From Pseudomonas sp. (GTDB lineage Bacteria; Pseudomonadota; Gammaproteobacteria; Pseudomonadales; Pseudomonadaceae), in NCBI GenBank assembly GCA_035655415.1, contig DASRUM010000251.1:49342-113341 (forward strand): a stretch of 64,000 bases of DNA, written 5' to 3'. Numbering within the stretch: the stretch's first letter is position 1; each line of letters begins with the position of its first letter. Positions 1 to 10,158 of this stretch are shown here, piece after piece. The notes beneath the pieces were generated by a model. That model did no database searches. It had not been told where the DNA came from and saw only the letters and a program-made list of their open reading frames with translations. A program made the position numbers and the translations under genes.

Positions 1-542
1 CGCAACTTGCTCACGTCGCCATAGCCGAGGCTGCAGAGAAAATTGCTTTTCCAGCGACCGTCAGCGAAGAACGTGGCATCCACCAGGGCGGTGTCGAAAC
101 CGGACATCGGCCCGCAATCCAGCCCCAGCGCACGAGCGGCGAGCATCAGATAGGCACATTGTAGGCTGCCGTTACGCAGGGCCGCAGTGTGCGCGGCCTG
201 CGGATTGTCGCGGTACGGCGCGCCGGCGTCGTAGATCGGGAACAGTTCGGGGAGGTACTCGAAGAACTGGCTGTCGAAGGCGATGATGGCGGTCACCGGG
301 GCCTGCAGCATCTTCTCGCCGTTATGGCCCTTGAGCGCCGGCAGCAACTGCTGCTTGGCCTCAGCGCTGCGCACGAAGACGAAGCGCGCCGGGCAGCAAT
401 TGTTGCTGGTCGGACCCTGTTTGAGGGTGTCGTAGAGCTGCTTGAGCAGCTCATCCGGCACCGACTGTTCGAGCCAGGCATTGTGCGAGCGGGCCTCCAG
501 GAACAGCTGAGCAATGGCGGCAGCGGGAAGCGACTGATTCAT
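1..542 (-). CDS. Nitroreductase-family protein, RutE/malonic semialdehyde reductase-like (3' end outside window)
   Basis: Not in the ORF track. Manual translation from ATG at 542: [23 protein letters not shown]...[15 protein letters not shown]...[28 protein letters not shown]...[10 protein letters not shown], which are RutE-type motifs. Confidence 0.85.
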   Translation of the reverse strand, partial: MNQSLPAAAIAQLFLEARSHNAWLEQSVPDELLKQLYDTLKQGPTSNNCCPARFVFVRSAEAKQQLLPALKGHNGEKMLQAPVTAIIAFDSQFFEYLPELFPIYDAGAPYRDNPQAAHTAALRNGSLQCAYLMLAARALGLDCGPMSGFDTALVDATFFADGRWKSNFLCSLGYGDVSKL

Positions 543-632
543 AAAAAAGCCTCAGAGATCGAGAATCCGCCGCTTACCCATGGATGGCGAGCGGCTGGCA
601 AATGCAAAGGAAATAAGCCGTCGGTCATCGTC

Positions 633-1844
633 CTAGCCCTGCGCCGGCAGTTCAGTGGCAGGCGCAACAGGTGCCTGATCAGCCCGTTTGGGCAGTGCCA
701 GGCAGGCCACGGCAACCAGCAGTTGCAGGGCCGCGATAATCCCCAGCGCGGTTGGCAAGTCGCTGTTCACCCCACCGGTGATGGCCAGCACCACCAGCGG
801 GCTGACGAACTCACCGGCAAAGAACGCCGCCGTAAAGAAACCCGCAGCACGCCCACGCTGTTGAAAGCCCACCAGGGACATGATCCAGGTGATCAGGGTC
901 GGCATCATCAGACCAATGCCCAGGCCGTTGATCAGTACCGCGACCACCACCAGGGCATGGCTGTCGGCCACAGCCATCAGCGCACCGCCCACACCGGCCA
1001 GCGCAAAGGCCAGAAACATCTGTCGGTGCCCCGGCATAGCGCTGAGCAGGCGGAAACTCAGGGCACCGGCAAGCACGCCGAGTTGACTGGCACCCATGGT
1101 CATGCCGATCTGTTGCGGCGCATCGACGTGCAGCAGGTTGAGCAGGAAACCAGCTTGTACCGGCACCACGAACAGGCTCAGACCCGCCAGGAATGACAAG
1201 GCATATAAAGGTGTCAGGGCACGCCAGGGGAATGCACAGGTGGCCACCTCAGAGGCAGCGGCAGCTTGGCCGCGCGGCTCCCAGAGAAACCAGGCCATCA
1301 GCGGCAGGAACAACAAGCCGATGCCATACAGGGCAAAGGGCGTACGCCAGCCGTGCTCACCGAGCATGCCGCCGACTGCGATAAAGATCGCTGCCGACAG
1401 CGAGGTGGCAACCATCTGCAGAGCGAACAGCCGTTCACGTCGCGCGCCGTTGTAGTAATCGCCCATCAGCGTAGTGCAGCAGGTCATGATCGCCGCCTCG
1501 GCCAGGCCGATACCGGCGCGGCTGATCACGATGGCCTCCAGCGACTCCAGCCACAGCGGCAACACGCCACAGATGGCATAGAGCAACATGGCCCCGAGCA
1601 GCAACGGCTTGCGCCCGAGGCGATCGGCGATAACCCCGGCCAAGGGTGCCAGCAGGGCAATCATCAGGGCCGGCAGGGTCAGGGCGATAGGCACCAGCAC
1701 GGCCACACCCGGCGTATCGATAAAGTGTTCCTGCATACGCGGCAACACCGGTGCCAGTAGCACCGCCCCAAGCACGGGCAGGCAGCTGCCGAGCAACAGC
1801 AGCAGCGATTGCGGCAAGCCCGCTTGGCGTTCAGCGCCCATCAC
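633..1844 (-). CDS. MFS transporter
   Basis: About 12 hydrophobic segments; MFS motif A (GVIADRLGRK). Start GTG 1844 or ATG 1841. Confidence 0.9.
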   Translation of the reverse strand: MMGAERQAGLPQSLLLLLGSCLPVLGAVLLAPVLPRMQEHFIDTPGVAVLVPIALTLPALMIALLAPLAGVIADRLGRKPLLLGAMLLYAICGVLPLWLESLEAIVISRAGIGLAEAAIMTCCTTLMGDYYNGARRERLFALQMVATSLSAAIFIAVGGMLGEHGWRTPFALYGIGLLFLPLMAWFLWEPRGQAAAASEVATCAFPWRALTPLYALSFLAGLSLFVVPVQAGFLLNLLHVDAPQQIGMTMGASQLGVLAGALSFRLLSAMPGHRQMFLAFALAGVGGALMAVADSHALVVVAVLINGLGIGLMMPTLITWIMSLVGFQQRGRAAGFFTAAFFAGEFVSPLVVLAITGGVNSDLPTALGIIAALQLLVAVACLALPKRADQAPVAPATELPAQG

Positions 1845-1947
1845 ACACCTCCAGCAACGGAACGCCCGAAAACGCTACAGCGTAGGCAGTCAGCCCAGTC
1901 GAAAGACCAAGCAACAGGCAGTGAAAACAGGTGTGCAAACGGGGCAT
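1831..1947 (-). CDS. Putative 38-aa small hydrophobic protein (MPRLHTCFHCLLLGLSTGLTAYAVAFSGVPLLEVCDGR)
   Basis: ATG at 1947 preceded by AACAACAAGAGAGGA (A-rich motif plus SD); its 3' end overlaps the MFS start; one hydrophobic stretch. Confidence 0.5.
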   Translation of the reverse strand: MPRLHTCFHCLLLGLSTGLTAYAVAFSGVPLLEVCDGR

Positions 1948-2011
1948 GGCAAAGTCCTCTCTTGTTGTTAGGGTGCGGCCGGCCAGGTGTGGCCGGCTAG
2001 GTGCGGCCGAG

Positions 2012-4507
2012 TTAACGGCCGTACGTACCGTCGATCTGTGGACCAGCCGCTTCTATGGGCAGCATCAGGTGCGTAACAGCACCCTCCTTGGCTGCTCGCG
2101 GAGCGTTGTCTTTGAGCTCGTCAGAGGCGCTCTTGGGACGAACCGGAAACAGGAAGTAAGCGAGTGCTGGCAGCAACAACAGCGCACCGACCATGTTCCA
2201 AACGAACATAAAAGCCAGCAGCACGCCCATGTCGGCCTGGAACTTGATGGGTGAAAACAGCCAGGTGATGACACCAATAGCCAGAGTGACGCCAGTGAGA
2301 ATCACCACCTTGCCAGTGGACACCAGAGCCCGGTAATACGCCTCGGACAAACTGGCACCCTGGCGCTGATAAACCAGCAGCATGCTCATCACATACAGCG
2401 CGTAGTCGATACCGATGCCCACACCGAGGGCGATCACCGGCAAGGTGGCAACCTTGACGCCGATCCCCAACCAGACCATCAGCGCCTCACAGAGGATCGA
2501 GGTGAGTATCAGCGGCACAATGGCGCAGAGGGTTGCGCGCCAGGAGCGGAAGGTGATCAGGCACAGCAGGATGACCGCACCGTAGACCCAGAACAGCATT
2601 TCGCGGTTGGCCTGCTTGACCACGATATTGGTCGCGGCCTCGATGCCAGCATTACCGGCTGCGAGCATGAACTGCACCTCGTCGGTGTTATTCGCTGCGG
2701 CGAACTGCGCGACGTGATCAACCAGCCCTGTCAGGGTTTCAGCCTTGTGGTCTGTCAGGAAGACATAGAGCGTCAGCAGGCTGCACGACTCGTTATACAA
2801 CCCACGCGGAGCGCTGGCGGTGATCATATTGAGCATCGCCTGGTTGTGCTGCAGCTCGTACCACTTGGGGTTACCTTCGCTCAAGCCCACCAACATGCGG
2901 CGATTGAGCAATGCCAGGGAGTTGGTCGAATCCACACCTGGCAGGGTGCGCAGTTGCCAATCCAGCGCATCGACCTTGCGCAGCACGTCATAACTGGCAC
3001 ATACACCCGACGGCGTACGCACCATGATGGCGAACAGATCGCTACTGGCACCGTAGGCGCGGTTCATAAAGGCATCGTCGAGGTTGTAACGTGAGTCTGC
3101 GCGCAGCTCGGGAGCACCGGCATCCAAGTCGCCGATCTTCAGGTTTTGCGCCACCAGATAACCGCCAATGGCCAACCCCGCGGCCACAAGTACGCAAATT
3201 GTGGCGCCGCGCTTTTGGGTGAACAGATCAAGCGTTCGCCACAGCGGATGGCGCTCCATGCGTCCACCCTCTTCCTGCTCGTCACGCAAGCTGCGCCGGG
3301 CTGCTGCAGGGCTGACACCAAGGTAGGAAAGTAGAATCGGCAACAGAATCAGATTGGTAATAATCAGCACGGCTACGCCAATGCTGGCAGCCACAGCCAA
3401 GTCTTGAATTACCGGAATATCGATAAACATCAGCACAGCAAAACCGACTGCGTCGCTGAGCAATGCCGTCAAACCCGCGATAAATAGACGGCGGAAGGTA
3501 TTACGGGCCGCAACGATACGGTGCATACCGCGACCGATGTCCTGCATGATGCCGTTCATCTTCTGTGCGCCATGACTCATGCCAATGGCAAACACCAAAA
3601 ACGGTACCAGTACCGAGTACGGATCCAATTCATAGCCGAGCAGTGGCAGCAGGCCCAACTGCCAAACCACCGCAACCAGCGAGCAGAACACCACCAGCAT
3701 GGTGCTGCGCACGCAGCGGGTGTACCAGAAGAGCACCGCGGTGGTGATCAGAATGGCCACGGCAAAGAACAGCAGAATCTGTTTCAAGCCTTCGATCAGA
3801 TCGCCGACTTTTTTAGCGAAACCGGTGATGCGAATCTCGATGCTGTCGCTCTGGTACTGGCTGCGCAGCGACTCCAGCTGCTGCGACAGAGTCGAGTAGT
3901 TGAGCGCCTGACCATCAGGGGTTTTCTGTAGCAGTGGCGCATAAATAATGCTAGACGTCTGGTCAAAGGCCACCAGTTGGCCAATCTCGTTGGACTGCTG
4001 CACATTGCGCTTCAACGCACCAATGCTCGCTGGACTGGCGTCGTAGTCATCGGGAATCACCGGGCCACCATCCAGGCCCTCCTCGGTCACCGCCACCCAA
4101 CGGGTAGCTGGGGTCCACAGCGACTTCATATAGGCGCGGTCGACACCAGGAAGCAGATAAATCTTGTCGCTCAACTCCTGCAGCGTTTTCAAGTATGTCG
4201 CGTCGTAGATATCGCCCTGCTTGTTGACCACCGCGATACGCAGCGCATTACCCAGCCCGCTCAGCTCCTTCTGGTTATCCAGGTAGTTGGCGATATACGG
4301 GTGGTTGGTCGGGATCATCTTCTCGAAGCTGGCATTCAACTCGATACGAGTGGACTGGAAACCGAGAAACAGCGTCGCCGCCAGGCACAGCAGCAGCACC
4401 CACAGACGATGATTAAACAGCGCACGCTCGACTACCGAGCCGGAACGCGGATCAAAGTTGTCGAGGCTGTCCGCTGGGGACGAGATGGAACCAGTAGAGG
4501 ACGTCAT
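2012..4507 (-). CDS. RND/MMPL-family inner-membrane transporter (copy 1)
   Basis: 831 aa, two repeats of TM + periplasmic loop + TM bundle; GIGIDY motif; paralogous to 29626-32061. Confidence 0.9.
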   Translation of the reverse strand: MTSSTGSISSPADSLDNFDPRSGSVVERALFNHRLWVLLLCLAATLFLGFQSTRIELNASFEKMIPTNHPYIANYLDNQKELSGLGNALRIAVVNKQGDIYDATYLKTLQELSDKIYLLPGVDRAYMKSLWTPATRWVAVTEEGLDGGPVIPDDYDASPASIGALKRNVQQSNEIGQLVAFDQTSSIIYAPLLQKTPDGQALNYSTLSQQLESLRSQYQSDSIEIRITGFAKKVGDLIEGLKQILLFFAVAILITTAVLFWYTRCVRSTMLVVFCSLVAVVWQLGLLPLLGYELDPYSVLVPFLVFAIGMSHGAQKMNGIMQDIGRGMHRIVAARNTFRRLFIAGLTALLSDAVGFAVLMFIDIPVIQDLAVAASIGVAVLIITNLILLPILLSYLGVSPAAARRSLRDEQEEGGRMERHPLWRTLDLFTQKRGATICVLVAAGLAIGGYLVAQNLKIGDLDAGAPELRADSRYNLDDAFMNRAYGASSDLFAIMVRTPSGVCASYDVLRKVDALDWQLRTLPGVDSTNSLALLNRRMLVGLSEGNPKWYELQHNQAMLNMITASAPRGLYNESCSLLTLYVFLTDHKAETLTGLVDHVAQFAAANNTDEVQFMLAAGNAGIEAATNIVVKQANREMLFWVYGAVILLCLITFRSWRATLCAIVPLILTSILCEALMVWLGIGVKVATLPVIALGVGIGIDYALYVMSMLLVYQRQGASLSEAYYRALVSTGKVVILTGVTLAIGVITWLFSPIKFQADMGVLLAFMFVWNMVGALLLLPALAYFLFPVRPKSASDELKDNAPRAAKEGAVTHLMLPIEAAGPQIDGTYGR

Positions 4508-4511
4508 AACC

Positions 4512-5606
4512 TCACTCCGAAGCGACGGTGGCTGGCTGCGGCACGCGCAGCAGGCCGGTGAAACCGGCGACGATCAAACTGCCATCAGCGGCCTGAACCA
4601 GGCTGGAAACGGGCACGCCCAATGGTTTGCTAAAGGGCTGCAACGCTTCACCCTTGCTGAGAAAGAGCATGCCGGCCTGGTTGGCCAGCAATACCTGACC
4701 CGTACTCAGGCGAGTGGCGTCGCTGAAGGACACCGGCATAGGCACCGGCGCACGCGCAAAGCTGGCCCCGGCATCCTGAGTAATAAAGGCGTGGCCTTTC
4801 AGCCCGCCGACCAGCAGAGCGCCATCGGCGCGGCTCTGCAGAGTGAAGAAACTGCCCTCGTAGGGACTTTCCAGTTGCGCAAACGAAGCACCGTCGTCAT
4901 CGGAGCGGGCCAGATAGCCCTGCTCCCCGGCGAGAAACCAGCGTGAACCCTGACGACTGATGGCATACAGGTGCATGCCCATCGGGTTGGCGATATGCCC
5001 CACCACGGAATGCCAGTTGGCACCGCCATCGCGAGTTTGCAGTGCCAGACCATAGGCACCGACGATCAAACCCTGTTGTGCATCGACAAACTCAAGGGCC
5101 AGAAACGGCTTATCGGCACCATCTGCCACCAATCGTTCAGCACTTTGTACACGGACTTCGGCACTGTCCTGATCGAGTGCGGTGACCTGTTCGGCCTTGG
5201 CTGCATCCAGCTCGATCTGCGCGGCGCGCAGGCCGTCCAGCTGAACAACCCAGCTTTCACCGCCATCACGGGTGGCCAACACCACACCCGCGTGACCAAT
5301 TGCCCAGCCATTGCGCGCATCGACAAACTGCACAGCACTCAGGCTGACCGACACCGGGACCACGGCTTGCCGCCAGGTTTGTCCGTTGTCATCGGAAAGC
5401 AGCACCAGGCCGCGCTCGCCCACCGCGACCAGACGCTCACCGGCACGCGCCAGATCGATCAGTACAGTCTTCTGAGTCGGTGCAACCTGCATTGCCGGGG
5501 TATCCAGCGGCAAACCCACGGGGCCCGTATCCGCTGCGCACCAGGCTGTGCTGAAGGGCAAGGCCAAAGCTAAAAACCAATAGCCCGCCTGACTGATTCT
5601 GTTCAT
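4512..5606 (-). CDS. Ycf48-like BNR/Asp-box beta-propeller periplasmic protein (copy 1)
   Basis: Repeated S/T-x-D-x-G-x-x-W boxes (SDDNGQTW, TRDGGESW, TRDGGANW). Start moved to ATG 5606 (SD GAGGT; signal-peptide-like MNRISQAGYWFLALAL). Confidence 0.85.
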   Translation of the reverse strand: MNRISQAGYWFLALALPFSTAWCAADTGPVGLPLDTPAMQVAPTQKTVLIDLARAGERLVAVGERGLVLLSDDNGQTWRQAVVPVSVSLSAVQFVDARNGWAIGHAGVVLATRDGGESWVVQLDGLRAAQIELDAAKAEQVTALDQDSAEVRVQSAERLVADGADKPFLALEFVDAQQGLIVGAYGLALQTRDGGANWHSVVGHIANPMGMHLYAISRQGSRWFLAGEQGYLARSDDDGASFAQLESPYEGSFFTLQSRADGALLVGGLKGHAFITQDAGASFARAPVPMPVSFSDATRLSTGQVLLANQAGMLFLSKGEALQPFSKPLGVPVSSLVQAADGSLIVAGFTGLLRVPQPATVASE

Positions 5607-5676
5607 TACCCACCTCGGAAAACCACCGCAATAGAAGGGGCGACATGGGCGTCGACCCTCCACTTCGCCTTGCTTC

Positions 5677-7041
5677 TTAGCGCACGCCACGTCCTGCCAT
5701 GGCCGCCGGGGAAAACTCCGAGGCCTTGTAGCGATCAACCGCGCCGTACTGGCTGTCCTTACCGGTGTAGAGGTTCTGGATAAACCAGGCACCGGAAGTC
5801 AGGTCATAGAAACCCGCTGACAGGCTGGCGTGAGCTGGCAGGTCAGGCAGTACTGCAGATAACGACCACAGGGTTTTGGCCAGCTGGCCATTGCCATCCC
5901 AGCGGTCGCCGAGAGCGGCTTGCCAGGTGTCTTCGTCGAGGTAGTAACGGCCCTTAGGTAGTTGATGACGCTTGCCCGGCACCAGGTCAGCTTCCACCAC
6001 CCAGACGCGGTGCAGTTCCCAGCGCACGTAATCCGGATTCAGGTGATGCTTACCGAACAGATCTTCCGGCTTGGCGGCAGCCTGTACCTTGTTGGTGTTG
6101 TAGGGGATGTAGACTTCCTTCTTACCCACCAACTTCCAGTTGAAGCGGTCCATACGCCCCTGGAACACGCTGAGTTCGTCGAACGACATCACACCGGCGG
6201 TGGCCGGAGTCGGCGTATCGCAGCAGGCGTTAGGCAGCTTGCGCACACGGCGCTGGCCGCTCAGATAAACGTGCGCCTGAGACTTGTCGCCATTGACGTT
6301 GGTGCGGCCCATGATCTGCTCGCCGGCACGGATCGGTGGGCCGACGTTAAGCAGGCGGAACAGCCAGTAATCACCCTCGAAGGTTTCCGGCGTGCCGTCT
6401 TCGTAGTAGTACGGCATTTCCTGAATGGCCTGGCCGTCGGTACTCATCACCTGGCTGCCATCAGCGGTCATCAGGTAGTGGCGGAAGTTCATCGACAGCG
6501 AGGTACCACGCCAGTTGAGCGCGTGGTTCCACATGGCTTCAGCGCCGTTCTGCGGAATCGGGAACGGAATACCGCCATAGGCACCCTGTGGCACCGGCCC
6601 GGCGCTGCTATCCACCAGTGAAGCGCGGGTGGCATTTTTCAGGGTGTTGTCATACACCCACTGCGGCGCAGCGGCGGTACGGCGGGTCTGGTAAATGTCT
6701 AGGCGATAGGTGTCCGGGTAGCGCTTGAACATCTCCTTGGTGCCATCGCTGAGTTTGTCGGCGTACTGCGCCATGTTCTGCGCGGTGATGCTAAACAGTG
6801 GCTTGTCGGCAGCGAACGGATCGCTGCGCTTGCCGCCCGGCTTGTAGGCCGGATCGACGGTGGTGTAGCCGCCGTCCCAGGCCGGGATGGTGCCGTCGGC
6901 GTTACCGGCTTTTTCGGCACCGAAAGGCGTCAGAGTTTTACCCAACGCTGAAGCTTGTTCGGCGCTGGCGGCCAAGGTGATTGGCGCAACAACCGCCAAA
7001 ACGGCCAAGCACAAGGCCTTGAGAGTGAACTGAGTGGTCAT
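5677..7041 (-). CDS. DUF1329-family periplasmic protein (copy 1)
   Basis: Signal peptide; LTPFGAEKAGNADGTIPAW, GIPFPIPQNGAE, GQRRVR, RWELHRVWVVEA, YLDEDTW motifs typical of DUF1329. Confidence 0.88.
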   Translation of the reverse strand: MTTQFTLKALCLAVLAVVAPITLAASAEQASALGKTLTPFGAEKAGNADGTIPAWDGGYTTVDPAYKPGGKRSDPFAADKPLFSITAQNMAQYADKLSDGTKEMFKRYPDTYRLDIYQTRRTAAAPQWVYDNTLKNATRASLVDSSAGPVPQGAYGGIPFPIPQNGAEAMWNHALNWRGTSLSMNFRHYLMTADGSQVMSTDGQAIQEMPYYYEDGTPETFEGDYWLFRLLNVGPPIRAGEQIMGRTNVNGDKSQAHVYLSGQRRVRKLPNACCDTPTPATAGVMSFDELSVFQGRMDRFNWKLVGKKEVYIPYNTNKVQAAAKPEDLFGKHHLNPDYVRWELHRVWVVEADLVPGKRHQLPKGRYYLDEDTWQAALGDRWDGNGQLAKTLWSLSAVLPDLPAHASLSAGFYDLTSGAWFIQNLYTGKDSQYGAVDRYKASEFSPAAMAGRGVR

Positions 7042-7053
7042 GTGCAAGCCCTC

Positions 7054-8733
7054 TTAAAACGTGGTCTTGATCGAGAAAGCCAGGTAGTCCCGGTCTTTCA
7101 ACGACTGCTTGAAGTTGAATTGGTTAGCCGAATTGAGCGTGGTGTCCTCGGCGCCATAGAAATGCGTGTAGGTCAGCCCCAGGGTCACGCGGTCCAGGTA
7201 GGTGGCGGTCACGCCAATGTTCATGTCGCCGCCGTTATCCGGCCCGAACGCGCCAATCGCAGACGACTTGCCCAGGGGGAAATAGCTGACACCCACCGGC
7301 ACGCTGACATCCACGCCGGGGAACAGCTGGCGGTAGGTTGGCGAGTACACCAACTTAATACCCAGGCCGTCGTCGGTGGCATTAGGGTCGAGGGCGTTGC
7401 GATTCTTCGTGACGTTGAGTACACGGTTCCAAGCAATCTCGCCTACCAGGCTGGCTTCGTTGGAAATAAATGACGGGCCGAGAGAAGCCAGCACGTTGAG
7501 GTTGACGTGAGCCGTGCGGCCGACGGCGTACAGCGGATTCTCGTCGTTATCCGCGTCCACACCTGGCAACACGGTCTGGCCGTTGGAGACCAGCGGCATG
7601 TTCCAGCGCATCGACGCTTCACCCGCGAAACTATATTCGTCGATGGTGGTGGCGAAGCTGGCACCCAGCGCGCGAATCTCCTCTGGGTAAACCCAATAGA
7701 ACTCACCAATTTGGCCGGTGCTGAAATTAGGTGCACCCGAACCTGGCTTCAGATACAGCTTGGGGCTCTTGTCGTGGTATTGAATGGCGTACAGGCCGTA
7801 CTCCGCTGTCTCCGCCGCGTAGCGCAGTTGCAGACCGCCCTGACCGGAGCTCTTGGCTTTTTTGTCTTTGCCGTGGAAGAACGCGGCGGGGCTATTCGGG
7901 TTACCGCCGAGGAAGGCTGGGAATGGTGCCCCAACGACCAGCCGCTCATTACCCTCGCCAATGGTGTCGCTTCCGGAGAAGTAACTGCCAACACCCGGCA
8001 GGCGGGTTTCCTCCCATTCAAACTGATAGAACGCACCCAGCGACAGGTCATCGGTCAGCTGGTAGGTGGTCGACAGCTGGCTGACCGGACGGGTGATTTC
8101 CTTGAACTGGGTGTTGGGTACCGATTGCGCCTTGACCACATCCACCGGTGCCATGCCACCAGCGATACCGTTGGCACCGAAGAACAAGCTCTCGCCCCAG
8201 ATCAGGCCATGCCGGCCAGCTCGTACGGATAGGGCGCGATCAGCCAACTCACCGTTCCAATAAACGAACGCATCGAGCAGTTCAACATCGCCACCGTGCA
8301 GCTGACGGGTGTCGTCGGTGAACTGATCAAAAGCCACGGAGCGCTGGTTGGAGCGCGCCGGGTTATCGTTGGCGTTGTCATCCTGGTACACCGTGTCGTA
8401 CCAGCCGGCAGCACTGACGCGCGCGCCGAAGTCGCGGTAGCCGACATCCAGCTCGGAAAGGATATCCAGACGATTGGAGATCAGGCCCTTGTCGAAGTTG
8501 CGATCACCATCATCCTGGTTTCTCGCCACAGCACTTTCGCTGAGCTTGTCGCTCGGGTCCTGCAGGCGCCAGGCCGCGCTGTACTTCAGGGTATTGTCCC
8601 AGCGCAGGCTGAGGTCTGGGTTGCCCGTATCAATCTGAAACGCCTGGGCCATATTGGCTCCAAGCACCAGGCTGGCCGCCAGGGTCAGAGTGAAGGGTGC
8701 ACGCCGCGACGCGGCGATCTTGCGAGTAGCCAT
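7054..8733 (-). CDS. DUF1302-family outer-membrane beta-barrel (copy 1)
   Basis: Signal peptide, RWDNTLKYS, WGESLFFG, C-terminal DRDYLAFSIKTTF with terminal Phe. Confidence 0.88.
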   Translation of the reverse strand: MATRKIAASRRAPFTLTLAASLVLGANMAQAFQIDTGNPDLSLRWDNTLKYSAAWRLQDPSDKLSESAVARNQDDGDRNFDKGLISNRLDILSELDVGYRDFGARVSAAGWYDTVYQDDNANDNPARSNQRSVAFDQFTDDTRQLHGGDVELLDAFVYWNGELADRALSVRAGRHGLIWGESLFFGANGIAGGMAPVDVVKAQSVPNTQFKEITRPVSQLSTTYQLTDDLSLGAFYQFEWEETRLPGVGSYFSGSDTIGEGNERLVVGAPFPAFLGGNPNSPAAFFHGKDKKAKSSGQGGLQLRYAAETAEYGLYAIQYHDKSPKLYLKPGSGAPNFSTGQIGEFYWVYPEEIRALGASFATTIDEYSFAGEASMRWNMPLVSNGQTVLPGVDADNDENPLYAVGRTAHVNLNVLASLGPSFISNEASLVGEIAWNRVLNVTKNRNALDPNATDDGLGIKLVYSPTYRQLFPGVDVSVPVGVSYFPLGKSSAIGAFGPDNGGDMNIGVTATYLDRVTLGLTYTHFYGAEDTTLNSANQFNFKQSLKDRDYLAFSIKTTF

Positions 8734-8890
8734 CGAAGTAACCCTCTTTATTGTTCTTGTGTGTCAGTTCTTCTTGCGTTTTCTTGCGTAACCACTCCCC
8801 TACCGGCCAAGGCAAGCCAGTACAGGAGCAGGTATTCCGGTTATCCAGGGGTGCGCGGAACCAGCAGCACGCAGGGTGCCGCGCACGAAC

Positions 8891-10015
8891 TCAGATGGGT
8901 TCGGCCGTGAGCTTGAGCATCTGTTTGACCAAGCCGATGCGGTCGAAGCTGTGGTCGTGGGCGATTTCCTTGTCACCCGCCAGAATCGAACTCTCGGCGA
9001 TGTACTTGCAGCGCTCGTAACGGCGCGCCATAAAGCGTTCGAGTTGCTGGGTGACGCTGCCGCCGGCGGTCAATTCTTCGCCGAGCACCACGGCATCTTC
9101 GATGGCCATACCGGCCCCCTGCCCCAGGTGCGGGGTGGCGGCATGGGCCGCGTCGCCAATCAGCAGCACACGGCCGCGGTACCAGGGCTCGCTGACGAAC
9201 ACCACTTCCAGCGGTTTGTAGACCACCTGGGCGCTGTCAGTGATCTGCTCGCGCAGCTCGCCGATCAGACCGCCGAAACCACTCAGGCGCTTGCGCATCT
9301 CGGCGGCCAGGTTGGCGCTGTCCATGCGCGGATTGCCCGGCTCGTGGGAGGTGACGAACATGTACATAAGGTTGTCGGCCAACGGCACCAGACCAGCGTT
9401 GCCGGCAGGGCCCTGGAAGTTGGCCAGATGATCGATCGCCGCCGGGCGCGGGAAGTTGTAGCGCCACACCGACTGGCCGGTGAAACGCGGCTGGTACTTG
9501 TCGCCGAACAGCAGGCCACGCACCTTGGAGAACAGGCCATCGGCACCGACCACCAGGTCATAGCGGTCGCGGCTGCCATCAGTGAACAGCACATCAACGC
9601 CCTCAGCATCCTCGCTCAGAGTTTCCACGCTGAGGCCCAGGCGTACCGAAGCACCGAGGCCAACAGTAGTTTCGCTGAGGACGTCATGCAGGGCCAGACG
9701 CGAGATACCCACGTTGGCCGGGTACTCGGGACCGGCCAGGCGCTGACCAGGAATACGCACCAGCGGCTGGCCGTCGGTGGTGTTGATGCTCACATCTTCG
9801 AAGGCGAAGGCGGCGTCCAGATAGCCATCGAGCACGCCCAGCTTGGCCATCTCACGGACCACGTTGCTCTGCTGGATGATGCCGACGCCGTACACCGTCC
9901 ACTCGGCTTTGAGCTCGACCAGATCGACCTCGATACCCTTGCGACGCAGGGCGATGGCGCTGCACAGGCCACCGATACCACCACCTACGACAAGAACCTT
10001 GTTCACTGCATTCAT
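8891..10015 (-). CDS. FAD-dependent aromatic monooxygenase (FdeE-like)
   Basis: GGGIGG, VVGADG and GDAAHAATPHLGQGAGMAIED flavoprotein hydroxylase fingerprints. Confidence 0.9.
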   Translation of the reverse strand: MNAVNKVLVVGGGIGGLCSAIALRRKGIEVDLVELKAEWTVYGVGIIQQSNVVREMAKLGVLDGYLDAAFAFEDVSINTTDGQPLVRIPGQRLAGPEYPANVGISRLALHDVLSETTVGLGASVRLGLSVETLSEDAEGVDVLFTDGSRDRYDLVVGADGLFSKVRGLLFGDKYQPRFTGQSVWRYNFPRPAAIDHLANFQGPAGNAGLVPLADNLMYMFVTSHEPGNPRMDSANLAAEMRKRLSGFGGLIGELREQITDSAQVVYKPLEVVFVSEPWYRGRVLLIGDAAHAATPHLGQGAGMAIEDAVVLGEELTAGGSVTQQLERFMARRYERCKYIAESSILAGDKEIAHDHSFDRIGLVKQMLKLTAEPI

Positions 10016-10114
10016 GGCTGTCTCACTCTTATTCTTGTGATTCGGGCTAGCGTTCCGCTAGTCCAACTGCTGCCGCGTGATGTTCACTTTCCCGGCAAAA
10101 CAGGGGTTTGACTA

Positions 10115-10151
10115 ATCGCTTGTAGGGATGCGATGTATCGCCGTTCGCGAT
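10115..10151 (-). promoter_or_regulatory. nod-box-like LysR site upstream of the monooxygenase-transport operon
   Basis: ATC-gcttgtagg-GAT-gcgatgt-ATC-gccgttcgc-GAT (ATC-N9-GAT-N7-ATC-N9-GAT). Confidence 0.8.
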
Positions 10152-10158
10152 ACCTCAC

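Noticed and set aside
5607-5792. Long N-terminal extensions in the ORF track (also 11475-11573, 11556-11783, 12667-12888, 20536-20838, 36266-36400, 56779-56931, 63328-63633)
   Set aside because: They overlap neighbouring genes or operators; downstream starts have SD sequences and match family N-termini.
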